The position numbers were made by a program, and so were the translations under genes. From an uncultured delta proteobacterium (GTDB taxonomy: Bacteria > Myxococcota > Myxococcia > Myxococcales > Myxococcaceae), in the NCBI GenBank assembly GCA_963796055.1, contig CAWCKH010000004.1:2272001-2336000 (forward strand): a stretch of DNA of 64,000 nt. Direction: 5' to 3'. Numbering within the stretch: the first letter of the stretch is position 1; every line of letters starts with the position of its first letter. The notes beneath the pieces are model-generated. The model was not told where the DNA came from and searched no databases. It saw only the letters and a list, made by a program, of their open reading frames with translations. Of the stretch, positions 43,454 through 52,429 are shown one piece after another.

Positions 43454-44650
43454 TCAGGCCATGGCCTCCCGGAGTGCCGAGGCCAGGAAGACGTACTGCG
43501 CCTCGGAATTGTGGAGATGCGGCGACACCCGGATCCACCGCCGGTGTGGAACCGGCCAGCCGTACACCGGCACCTCGATGCGGTGGCGCTCGAAGAGCCA
43601 GTCTTGCAGCGGATCGAGCGCGTTCGGTCTCGCAGGCGGCCAGCGCGGGTCCTCCGGGAGGGCCACCGCGGCCAGCGCGCCGAGCATCGCCTCCGGGCAC
43701 GGAGGCTCCACGCCCAGCGCCTCGCAGACCAGCGTCCTCGCGCGGCGGGCCAGCGCGCCGTTCCGGGCGCGCACCTCGTCCCAGCCCCCGGGCAGCAGCC
43801 CGCCCACCACCTCGATGGCCCGGCCCACGCACAGCAGCGCCGAGGGGTCGCGCGTCCCGGTCCAGTCGAACTCCAGCCGGAAGCGTGAGCGGTCGGTGCG
43901 CGGCGAGTTGGCACCATGGCTGATGACCAGCGGGCGGATGCCGGCCTGGCGGTCGCGGCGGACGTGGAGGAAGCCGGCCCCCTTGGGGGCGCAGAGCCAC
44001 TTGTGGCAGTTCCCAGTGTAGTACGCCGCACCGAGCGCCCCGACGTCGAGGGGCACCATGCCCGGAGCGTGGGCGCCGTCCACCAGCACGTCGACGCCGC
44101 GCGCCCGGAGAGCCGGCACCAGCGCCTCGACCGGAAACACCACCCCGGTGGCGCTGGTGACGTGATCCAGGAGCACCAGCCGGGTGCGCCCCGTCACCGC
44201 TCCGAGCACCGGCTCCGAGACCTCCGAAGGCCCCCGGAGCGGGAACGGCACCGGGGCGACGACCACCCGCGCGCCGGCGCGGTCGGCCACGGCGTGGAGC
44301 GCATTGGCGCAGGCGTTGTACGCGTGGTCGGTGGTCAGCAGCTCGTCACCGGGCCTGAACGCCAGCGAGCGCAGCACGGTGTTCACCCCGGCGGTCGCGT
44401 TGTCCACGAAGGCCAGGTCCTCGGGGTCGGCGCGGAGGAAGGCGGCCAGCCGGGACCGGGCCTCGTCGAGCAGCGGCTCGATGGCGCGCACTAGGAAGTC
44501 GATCGGGTCTCGCTCCATCCGCGCCCGGAGCTCGGACTGGAGCGCGAGCACCTCGCGCGGGCAGGCCCCGAACGCGCCGTGGTTGAGGAAGGTGACTCCG
44601 GGGTCGAGTGTCCAGTGGGTGGCGAGCGGCGGGGGCTCGGGCCGCCTCAC
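43454..44650 (-). CDS. Class V PLP aminotransferase (isopenicillin N epimerase / C-S lyase-like)
   Basis: FLNHGAFGACP, VDGAHAPG, GNCHKWLCAPKG. Confidence 0.9.
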   Translation of the reverse strand: MRRPEPPPLATHWTLDPGVTFLNHGAFGACPREVLALQSELRARMERDPIDFLVRAIEPLLDEARSRLAAFLRADPEDLAFVDNATAGVNTVLRSLAFRPGDELLTTDHAYNACANALHAVADRAGARVVVAPVPFPLRGPSEVSEPVLGAVTGRTRLVLLDHVTSATGVVFPVEALVPALRARGVDVLVDGAHAPGMVPLDVGALGAAYYTGNCHKWLCAPKGAGFLHVRRDRQAGIRPLVISHGANSPRTDRSRFRLEFDWTGTRDPSALLCVGRAIEVVGGLLPGGWDEVRARNGALARRARTLVCEALGVEPPCPEAMLGALAAVALPEDPRWPPARPNALDPLQDWLFERHRIEVPVYGWPVPHRRWIRVSPHLHNSEAQYVFLASALREAMA

Positions 44651-45108
44651 CGGCGGGCTCCCCCGGGCGGGACCAGCGGGAGGTCGAAGGTGAAGTGCGT
44701 CTCCTCGAAGCCCAGGCTCCGGTAGAACGGGGGCGACTCCTCCCGGCGCCGGTTGGTGCGCACGTAGAGCTTCTCGCACCCCGCCGCCCGCGCCATCTCC
44801 GCCGCCGCCCGCGTCAGGGCACCGCCTACGCCGTGGCGGCGCGCGGCGCGATCGGTCACCAGTGCGGTGAGCTGCGCCGAGGGGTGTCGGCTGTAGAGGC
44901 GCGGATGGATGGCCACCGTGGCGAGGCCGGCGATCCGGTGGGTGCTGAGCTCGGCCACGAGGGCGTGCGCGAAGCCCCGGCCGAACTGCTCCAGCTGCCC
45001 GCGGAGCGTCTTTTCGTCGGTGGTGTAGCCCAGCTGCTCGAACAGCTGCACCAGCGCAGGGACGTCGTCCGGCCGCGCTGGACGGACCTGGACCTCGAAA
45101 TCGGACAT
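44647..45108 (-). CDS. GNAT acetyltransferase
   Basis: VRPARPDD, ARRHGVG, FYRSLGF. Confidence 0.88.
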   Translation of the reverse strand: MSDFEVQVRPARPDDVPALVQLFEQLGYTTDEKTLRGQLEQFGRGFAHALVAELSTHRIAGLATVAIHPRLYSRHPSAQLTALVTDRAARRHGVGGALTRAAAEMARAAGCEKLYVRTNRRREESPPFYRSLGFEETHFTFDLPLVPPGGARR

Positions 45109-45203
45109 GGCGCGGCGGAGATATCAGACCGCGCGGGCGCCCGCCCCTGGGGTCCCGGACCCGAACCGGACTGTGCTCCTCTCGCCGCCTCGAGCCTGCG
45201 CGC

Positions 45204-45731
45204 TCAGAAGGGGCAGTTCCCGGGGGACGGGGCGTCGATCCGCCGCATTGGCCCGTGGGGCACCAGCTGGACGGCCACCGTCTTCGCCACGGCGTCGGTC
45301 TCGTTGCGGATGAGGTGCACGTGGCCCCCGCCCGCGTCCACCAGGGTTTGCCCCACCGTGTAGACGTGAGGGGTGCAGTCCGGGTCGTCCCCCTCGTACG
45401 CGGTCACCGTTCCCTGGGTGACGATGATCAGGCTCGCGCCCGGGTGGGTGTGCCATCCGGTCGTTCCCCCCGGCTGCCAGGTGTTGTCCTGCACGTAGAG
45501 GTCCGACGGCCCCCGCGTCCTGACGTGCGCGTACCAGAGGAACCGCCCGTCATCGTGCTTCTTGTGCCTGCCCGAGGGCAGCTCGAGGACCCAGTGGTTC
45601 CACAGATCCAGGTCGTCGAACGGGCCCGAGGCAAGGGTCGTGCCCTTGAAGTCCTTGGCGTCCGTCGCATGTCCGGTCCCCCCGAGCATCGTTGCAGAGA
45701 GCAGCAGCATCCACCTCAGTGACTTCCGCAT
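45204..45731 (-). CDS. Secreted cupin-domain protein
   Basis: Signal peptide; PGGTTGWHTHPG and GHVHLIRNE cupin metal-binding motifs. Confidence 0.85.
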   Translation of the reverse strand: MRKSLRWMLLLSATMLGGTGHATDAKDFKGTTLASGPFDDLDLWNHWVLELPSGRHKKHDDGRFLWYAHVRTRGPSDLYVQDNTWQPGGTTGWHTHPGASLIIVTQGTVTAYEGDDPDCTPHVYTVGQTLVDAGGGHVHLIRNETDAVAKTVAVQLVPHGPMRRIDAPSPGNCPF

Positions 45732-45826
45732 GGTTGTTTTCCTCCGTGGACCCCCCGTCGGGAGTCGGCTGGAAGGTTCCCGGGTGCGCGCTGGGGCTCA
45801 ACGGGCGATCCACTGCGACAGGTGGG

Positions 45827-45862
45827 TGCCGCTGTTCGCCGTTCGATGCCGTCGTTTGCCGC
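45827..45862. promoter_or_regulatory. Four 10-bp-phased (T/C)GCCG direct repeats, candidate operator
   Basis: GCCG at 45828, 45838, 45848 and 45858 between the divergent cupin and HTH-propeller genes. Confidence 0.4.
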
Positions 45863-45898
45863 GCCCCCTCGGGTGGGGCTACACCTCGCCGGACACCC

Positions 45899-47941
45899 AT
45901 GACTGAGCCCCCGTCCCGCGGGGCCGCGGCGGCTGGCGGTCCCCCCCCGTCCGACCGCCTGGACTCGTGGAAGGAGATTGCCACCTATCTCCGGCGCGAC
46001 GTGACCACCGTCCAGCGCTGGGAAAAGCGCGAGGGCATGCCGGTGCACCGGCACGTCCACGACCGACTGGGATCGGTCTACGCCTCCCGGGCCGAGCTCG
46101 ATGCTTGGGCCAGGCGCCGCACTCTCGCCGATGCTGGCAGCGAGGGCCACGCGGTCGAGGAAAAGGCTTCGATCGTCGAGCCGGTGCCGGTGGTGCCGGT
46201 GGGTCGCCTCCGGTCGTTCCTCGCGGTCGGTCTGCTCTCCGCCGTGCTGGTGGTCGCCCTGGGCATCTGGTTCGTCCAGGGGCGCGTCCGCGCGCTCGAG
46301 GCTCCACTGTGGGGTGCACGGTTCCAGCCGCTGACCGACTTCGAGGGGGTCGAGCAGGCCGCTGCCATCTCTCGCGACGGGCGATTCGTGGCCTTCCTTT
46401 CCGATCGGGAAGGCCGGATGGACGTCTGGCTGACCCAGGTGGGCACGGGTCAGTTCTCGAATCTGACCCGTGGCACCATGCCGGAGCTGGTGAACCCCTC
46501 GGTGCGCACGCTCGGGTTTTCACCGGATGGAAGCCTGGTGACGTTCTGGGCGCGCAGGGGAGGTCCGGGGCTCGCCGAGATCTCCATCTGGTCGGTGCCG
46601 CTCCTCGGCGGCACACCGCGGCCCTACCTCGAGGGAGTGGCCGAGTTCGACTGGTCGGGTGACGGGGCCCGGCTCGCGTACCACACTCCGGGCCCCGGCG
46701 ATCCGACGTTCGTGCGTGAGCGCGGGAGCGCGGAGCCGCGGCACCTCCTCACTGCGCCGGAGGGCCTCCACTCGCACTTCCCCCTTTGGTCTCCGGACCA
46801 GACCTTTCTCGTCTTCGTCCACGGGGCGCTCCCCGATCGACTGGACCTGTGGCGGATCCGGCCGACGGGAGGGAAACCCGAGCGCCTCACCCACCACGAT
46901 GCCCAGGTCAGCCATCCGTTGTTCGTCGACGGGCAGATGTTGTTCTACCTGGTCACCGACCCGGACGGCTCGGGACCGTGGATCCAGAGCCTGGATCTGG
47001 AGACCGGCGTCGAACGGCGGCTCACGTCGGGCCTGGATCGGTTCACCTCACTCTCGGCCAGCGCCGACGGTCGACGGCTGGTGGCGACGCGCGCCACACC
47101 CAAGACCACCCTCTGGCGAGTGCCACTCGACGGAATCCGGGCGGACACGGCCAGCGCAGAGCGCATCCCGCTCACCACCGGAAACGCCTCCTTCCCGAGG
47201 CTGGAAGCCGATGCCCTCTTCTACGTGTCCTCCACCGGCAACGGCGATGGGCTGTGGAAGCTCCAGAACGGGGTTGCCACCGAGCTCTGGAGCAGCTCCG
47301 AGGCACGCATCGTCGGTGCCCCTGCGCTGGAGCCCGGTGGCCAGCGCATCGCGTTCTCGGTTCGCCGAGAGGGACGTGGAGCACTGACCCTGGTGAGCTC
47401 CGACGGGACGGGGACGCGGACCTTGTCCAGAGCCCTCGACGTCCAGGGCACGGCCGCCTGGTCGCCCGATGGCCGGAGCCTGACCGTCGCCGCGCGGGTG
47501 GACGACGTGCCTCGCCTGTTCACGGTGCCGCTCGACGGTGGGGTTCCAGTCCAGCTGGTCAAGGACCACTCGATCGACCCGCTTTGGTCCTCCGCCGGCG
47601 ACCTGCTGGTGTTCTCTGGCGCCGACGTGGGGACGACCTTCCCGTTGAAGGCGGTGAACGCCGATGGGAGCCCGCATCCGTTGTCACTGACGCTGACTCG
47701 CGGCGCGCGTCACCTCGCCTTCCTGCCCGGGACGCACTCGGTGCTCGTGCTGCGCGGGGAGATCGGCCACAAGAACCTCTGGCGCCTGGACCTGGACACG
47801 GGACACGAACAGCAGGTCACCGAGGTCGATCCCGACTTCGACCTCCGCGACTTCGATCCCTCGCCCGACGGCCGCTCCCTGGTGCTGCAGCAGACCCGGG
47901 AGCACTCGGACCTGGTGCTGATCGACCTGCCCGGACGGTGA
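45899..47941 (+). CDS. Membrane-anchored protein: N-terminal HTH, TM helix, TolB-like (PD40) beta-propeller
   Basis: LDSWKEIATYLRRDVTTVQRWEK HTH-like motif, hydrophobic segment, repeated SRDG/SPDG/WSPD propeller blades. Confidence 0.8.
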   Translation: MTEPPSRGAAAAGGPPPSDRLDSWKEIATYLRRDVTTVQRWEKREGMPVHRHVHDRLGSVYASRAELDAWARRRTLADAGSEGHAVEEKASIVEPVPVVPVGRLRSFLAVGLLSAVLVVALGIWFVQGRVRALEAPLWGARFQPLTDFEGVEQAAAISRDGRFVAFLSDREGRMDVWLTQVGTGQFSNLTRGTMPELVNPSVRTLGFSPDGSLVTFWARRGGPGLAEISIWSVPLLGGTPRPYLEGVAEFDWSGDGARLAYHTPGPGDPTFVRERGSAEPRHLLTAPEGLHSHFPLWSPDQTFLVFVHGALPDRLDLWRIRPTGGKPERLTHHDAQVSHPLFVDGQMLFYLVTDPDGSGPWIQSLDLETGVERRLTSGLDRFTSLSASADGRRLVATRATPKTTLWRVPLDGIRADTASAERIPLTTGNASFPRLEADALFYVSSTGNGDGLWKLQNGVATELWSSSEARIVGAPALEPGGQRIAFSVRREGRGALTLVSSDGTGTRTLSRALDVQGTAAWSPDGRSLTVAARVDDVPRLFTVPLDGGVPVQLVKDHSIDPLWSSAGDLLVFSGADVGTTFPLKAVNADGSPHPLSLTLTRGARHLAFLPGTHSVLVLRGEIGHKNLWRLDLDTGHEQQVTEVDPDFDLRDFDPSPDGRSLVLQQTREHSDLVLIDLPGR

Positions 47942-47948
47942 GCCTGGC

Positions 47949-49229
47949 TCAGGGACCCCAGTCCGGGGTGCTGTAGTCGCCCTTCTCCAGGGGGAGCATC
48001 TTCTGATTCTGGCCCTCGGCGGTCATCACCCAGATCATCGAGCCCCCCGTCCGGTTGCTGTTGAAGACGATCAGCCGCCCGTTGGGCGAGAACGACGGCT
48101 CCTGGTTGTTGCCCTGATCCTGGGTGAGGCGGGTCACCTTGCCGCTCTCCACGTTCACCGTGAAGAGGTCGAAGGCGTTCCGCTCGTCCCGGGCGGTGAA
48201 GGCGATGAGGTCCCCGCGCGGGGACCAGTCCGGCGTCTGGTTGTAGTTGCCCTGGAAGGTGAGCCGGCGGACGTCCTTGGGGTTGGCGACGGTGAGCACG
48301 TAGAGCTGCGGTGTCCCGGCCCGGTTGCTGACGAAGGCGATGCGCTTGCCGTCCGGACTCCAGGTGGGGCTGGAGTTGATGAAGTAGGGAGTGTCGGTGA
48401 GCGGCTGCGGATTGCTGCCGCTCGCGTCGGCGACGTAGAGCTGCGCGCCCTCGCCCTGGGCCATGCTGTAGGCGATGCGCCGCCCGTCGGGCGAGAACGC
48501 CGCGCCGGTGACCATCGCGCCGGTGTTCACCAGCGGAGTCGGAGCGCCGCCGGCCTTCTGCAAATAGAGGGACGGCTTCCCCGAGCGGTAGCTGGTGAAG
48601 GCCACCGCGTCGCCCTGCGGACCCACCACCGGCAAGAGGTTGATGCTCCCCTGGGCGATGGGCACCGCGCGCTTGCCGTCCCAGTCGCCGAGGTAGACGT
48701 CCTTGCCCTTGCCCACCCGCCGCACGAAGGCGAGGTGCGACTGGAAGGGTCCGGGCTCGCGGGTGAACTGCTTGTAGAGCGCGTCGGCGAAGAAGTGGGC
48801 CAGCTTCCGGGGCCGGTCCAGCGGCTCCACGTGCACCAGCCGGAGCTCCTCCCTGCCGCTGGAGACGGTGAACAGCCGCATCTCACCGCGCAGGTTGGGC
48901 CCGTCGGCCGAGAGCTGGACCTTCACCAGCGCCTCCGCGCCCACGTCCGCCCAGCGGGAGAAGGTGATGGTCGAGGCGGTGAAGCCCTCGCGCGCATCGG
49001 CGAGGTAGCTCTTGCGGTCCAGCACCTGGAAGATGCCCGCGGCGCTGCAGTCGAAGAAGAAGGCGTCGTCGAACTCGGGCGAGACCGTCCGCGCGCCGTC
49101 GTTGAGCGCCTGCGGCAGGGGGACGGCGATCGGCAGCGGCCGGAAGTTCGCCCCGGAGATCTCGATCACCGGCGCTTGGGCCAGGGCGATCAGGGGGCAG
49201 AGCAACAGGCTCAGGACCAGGGTGCGCAT
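47949..49229 (-). CDS. tolB: Tol-Pal periplasmic protein TolB
   Basis: Signal peptide, TolB N-domain, WSPDG/FSPNG repeats; follows tolQRA. Confidence 0.92.
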   Translation of the reverse strand: MRTLVLSLLLCPLIALAQAPVIEISGANFRPLPIAVPLPQALNDGARTVSPEFDDAFFFDCSAAGIFQVLDRKSYLADAREGFTASTITFSRWADVGAEALVKVQLSADGPNLRGEMRLFTVSSGREELRLVHVEPLDRPRKLAHFFADALYKQFTREPGPFQSHLAFVRRVGKGKDVYLGDWDGKRAVPIAQGSINLLPVVGPQGDAVAFTSYRSGKPSLYLQKAGGAPTPLVNTGAMVTGAAFSPDGRRIAYSMAQGEGAQLYVADASGSNPQPLTDTPYFINSSPTWSPDGKRIAFVSNRAGTPQLYVLTVANPKDVRRLTFQGNYNQTPDWSPRGDLIAFTARDERNAFDLFTVNVESGKVTRLTQDQGNNQEPSFSPNGRLIVFNSNRTGGSMIWVMTAEGQNQKMLPLEKGDYSTPDWGP

Positions 49230-49254
49230 CGGTCGTGTGTCACTCCTCGTCGGG

Positions 49255-50019
49255 TCAGGGACGGAACTGGAGGACGACCCCGTACTTGCTGAGGGCGTCC
49301 CGGAGGTGGGTCGGTGGGGGAGCGAAGGGCGCGGCGCGCTTCACCGCGCCCATCACCGCGGAGTCGAACAGGTCGTTCCCGCTGGACTTCGCCAGCCGGG
49401 CGCGCTCCAGCTGCCCGGCGGGGGAGATGACCACCGCCACCTGGGCGACGAGCCGGATGCGCTCGGAATCGGGGATGGTGTCGGAGACATCGTAGAAGCG
49501 GGTGATCTGCGACCTGAGCCGGGCGTAGTAGGCCTCGCCCTCGGCCACCGCCGAGTCGCCGTTGGGATCGCCGTCGGCGGCGCCGGTGGTGTCCGCGGGC
49601 TTCGACTTGCTCATCCGGTCGAAGGCGCCCATCAGCTTCTGGCGGGGGTCGGCCTTCTTCTCCCCGGCCTGCCTCGTCTTCGGCGGCGGCGGCGCGGCCA
49701 CCGGGGAGGGAACCGCCGGCCGGGGCGGCTCGGGCGCGGCGACGGGCTCGGGCGCCTTCTGCTCCACCGGCGGTGGAGGAGGCTGCTCGATGCGGGGGAG
49801 CAGCTTCTCGTCTCGCGGCGTGCCCTGACGGACCAGGGTGGCCTTGATCGGCTTCTGGTCCAGATCGATGGCCGGGTCCTCGTGGAGCTTGGCCCAGACC
49901 AGGGCCAGCGACCCGAGCACCAGGTGCACCAGCGCCGACCAGAAGAGGAACTTGAGCAGCGGCCCTTCCGGGCGCCGGGCGAGCAAGGACACCGGAGCCG
50001 GTGAGGCGACTGCGGTCAT
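49255..50019 (-). CDS. tolA: TolA/TonB-family protein
   Basis: TM with SALVH motif, Pro-rich linker, KSSGNDLFDSAV...AAPFAPPP. Confidence 0.8.
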   Translation of the reverse strand: MTAVASPAPVSLLARRPEGPLLKFLFWSALVHLVLGSLALVWAKLHEDPAIDLDQKPIKATLVRQGTPRDEKLLPRIEQPPPPPVEQKAPEPVAAPEPPRPAVPSPVAAPPPPKTRQAGEKKADPRQKLMGAFDRMSKSKPADTTGAADGDPNGDSAVAEGEAYYARLRSQITRFYDVSDTIPDSERIRLVAQVAVVISPAGQLERARLAKSSGNDLFDSAVMGAVKRAAPFAPPPTHLRDALSKYGVVLQFRP

Positions 50020-50462
50020 CGGCCGGGCACACCCTTCTTCCGCCCCGGCGAGACCGGGTCGGTGATCATTCCCAGATTTCCGATCCCGGCCCGCTGTGCG
50101 GCGGCCATCACCTCGACCACCACCCCGTAAGGCAGCGCCTTGTCGGCGTGGAGGTAGATCTCCTTGTCGGCCTGCGCCTTGGCGTTGGTCCGGAGCTTGT
50201 CCTCCAGCTCGTCGAGGGGGACCTCCACGTCGCCCAGGAACACCCGCTGCTTGCTGTCCACCGAGAGGACCAGCTTCTTCTCGCTGGACTCGACCGGGGC
50301 GGCCTTGGCCTCGGGCAGGTCGACCTTCACGCCCTTCTGGATGAGCGGCGCGGTCACCATGAAGATGATGAGCAGCACCAGCATCACGTCCACCATGGGC
50401 GTGACGTTGATCTCGCTCATCGTGGTGCGCCCGGGGGCACCCTTGCCGGCGGACATCGCCAT
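50016..50462 (-). CDS. tolR: TolR
   Basis: SEINVTPMVDVMLVLLIIFMVTAP. Confidence 0.93.
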   Translation of the reverse strand: MAMSAGKGAPGRTTMSEINVTPMVDVMLVLLIIFMVTAPLIQKGVKVDLPEAKAAPVESSEKKLVLSVDSKQRVFLGDVEVPLDELEDKLRTNAKAQADKEIYLHADKALPYGVVVEVMAAAQRAGIGNLGMITDPVSPGRKKGVPGR

Positions 50463-50486
50463 GACTGGTCGCTGCCTCTCTGCTCC

Positions 50487-51191
50487 CTACTTGAAGAAGT
50501 GCCGCTTGATGATGTTGAGGAAGTCCGAGGAGAAGTTGGCCATCTCGGTGTCGAACACCTTGATCCGGCTGACGAACGAATTGTACGCCACCACCGCGGG
50601 GATGGCGGCAAACAGGCCGGCGGCGGTGGCCACCAGCGCGTTACCGATGGGAGCCGCCACGGTGGACAGCGAGGCGTTGCCCTTCTCGGCGATCTCGTTG
50701 AAGGCCGAGAGGATGCCCATCACCGTCCCGAACAACCCCACGAAGGGGGCGGTGGCGCCCACGGTGCCGAGGAAGCTCACCCGCGACTCGAGCTCGGTGA
50801 TCTGCGAGGTGCTGGCCCGGTTGAGCGCCCGCTCGACGTTCTCGATGCCCCCCAGCCGCTCGCTCATCGCGTTCTCGTGGCCGTCCTTGCTCTGGGCGAG
50901 CTTGGACAGCTCCTCGTACCCGGCGCAGAAGACCCGGGAGATGGGCGAGCTGGGGAGGTTCCGGGCGGACTGGTAGATGGCATCCAGCCGCGACCCCTTC
51001 CAGAAGGTGTCCAGGAAGGTGATGGACTGGTCACGGGCCCGGTTCAGCTGCACGGCCTTCACCGCGATCAGCGCCCAGGAGACGATCGAGACGGCCACCA
51101 GCAGGGCGAGCACCGACAGCTCCACCGGCGAGCTCTGTCGGACGATGGAGAGATAGTCGATCGCCGCCAGGGCGACGGGGAGGGTGTGCAT
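50487..51191 (-). CDS. tolQ: TolQ
   Basis: APFVGLFGTVMGI, ALVATAAGLFAAIPAV. Confidence 0.93.
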   Translation of the reverse strand: MHTLPVALAAIDYLSIVRQSSPVELSVLALLVAVSIVSWALIAVKAVQLNRARDQSITFLDTFWKGSRLDAIYQSARNLPSSPISRVFCAGYEELSKLAQSKDGHENAMSERLGGIENVERALNRASTSQITELESRVSFLGTVGATAPFVGLFGTVMGILSAFNEIAEKGNASLSTVAAPIGNALVATAAGLFAAIPAVVAYNSFVSRIKVFDTEMANFSSDFLNIIKRHFFK

Positions 51192-51208
51192 AGGGGGATC
51201 TGCGGGAA

Positions 51209-51238
51209 CCGGTAGCAGGCAGGTCCGACTGCCGTCAA
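51209..51238 (-). promoter_or_regulatory. Candidate sigma70-type promoter for tolQRAB
   Basis: Minus strand TTGACG-N18-TACCGG just upstream of tolQ. Confidence 0.5.
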
Positions 51239-51364
51239 CGCTCGGGGAGCCTGGCGCAATCCCCATGCTCCGTTCGAGGTGAATACTGACGTCCGTAGCG
51301 GCGTCCTGGAGCGAGGGACAGACGGGCTGAAGGGCCGCTCGTTCTTCACCGGAGGAAGTCCGAC

Positions 51365-52384
51365 ATGCGCATCCGTGGGCTCACCCTGTGGCTGGCTCTG
51401 CTGGGCGGACTGACGGCGTGTGACTCGGGGGGACGAGTCGGAGCAATCACCGTCTCCTGGACCTTCGCCGGGGGCAGCTGCTCCGGCGCCGCGGTGGAGC
51501 AGGTGCGCATCGCCATCGCCGGCGAGCCGCTGGACCAGGACATCTTCGACTGCCGGAGCGGTCTGGCGACCTTCAGCAACTTCTACCCCGGCACGTACAA
51601 CGTCACCGTCCAGGGGCTGGACGCCTCCCAGGCCGTCACCTGGACCGGAAGCAAGTCGATGCGAGTGGACGGCGACGTGAGCGTGCAGGTCGACCTTCAG
51701 CCCGTCTCCGGCCAGAACGCGGTCGCCTACCTTTCCTGGAGCTTCGACCCCTCCACGGGGCCGGCGCCCCAGTGCGGCCCGGGACAGCGCATGGACTACG
51801 TGGGCATCTTCATCGACAACGTGGACACCGGCCTGGCCTACAACTGTGGCGACGGGCTCGGGGTGAACCAGGTGATCACTCCCTACCTTTCGCCCGGGAC
51901 GCACGTGCTCCAGCTGCTGGCCTTCAACGGGGTCGACGGAATCGACTTTCCCTTCGCCAGCACCGACCCGATCAACGTGAACTTCGTGACCGGTCAGGCC
52001 ACCGCCCAGTCGCTCACCATGCACTGGCAGGTCGGCGGACTGGCGATGAGCTGGGCCGCGTACCCGGACCTCGCCTCGTACCAGGCCAACCGCAACCAGC
52101 CCCTCACCTGCGTCTCCACCCAGATCGCGACGGTCGAGCTGTTCCTCGCCGACCCGAACAACCCCAGCAACGGGGAGCAGTTCTCGGGCTTCACCTGCAG
52201 CTCGGGTGCACTGCTCGACAACGCGCCGGTGGGGACCTGGCTGCCCTTCGTCGCGGGGTACAGCAGCGGCGGCGCCCTTCTCTACTTCCAGGACGACCAG
52301 AACGTGCCCCAGACCGTCACCGTCGTCGCCGGTCACTTCTCCTCGCCCCAGGACACCCCGGTCTTCGTTCCGCTGTTCCCCTGA
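51365..52384 (+). CDS. Lipoprotein with three Cys-paired beta-rich repeats
   Basis: GGAGG RBS, lipobox LTAC; three units each with SW...C...C..G...PGT/VGT. Confidence 0.78.
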   Translation: MRIRGLTLWLALLGGLTACDSGGRVGAITVSWTFAGGSCSGAAVEQVRIAIAGEPLDQDIFDCRSGLATFSNFYPGTYNVTVQGLDASQAVTWTGSKSMRVDGDVSVQVDLQPVSGQNAVAYLSWSFDPSTGPAPQCGPGQRMDYVGIFIDNVDTGLAYNCGDGLGVNQVITPYLSPGTHVLQLLAFNGVDGIDFPFASTDPINVNFVTGQATAQSLTMHWQVGGLAMSWAAYPDLASYQANRNQPLTCVSTQIATVELFLADPNNPSNGEQFSGFTCSSGALLDNAPVGTWLPFVAGYSSGGALLYFQDDQNVPQTVTVVAGHFSSPQDTPVFVPLFP

Positions 52385-52429
52385 GCCCCGGTGAGCCACT
52401 GGCACGGTTCGTGGTAGGCCCCAGCCAGC

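Noticed and set aside
52400..52415. Sigma54 promoter before murI (TGGCACGGTTCGTGGT)
   Set aside because: The -12 element is GG rather than GC and it is very close to the start codon.
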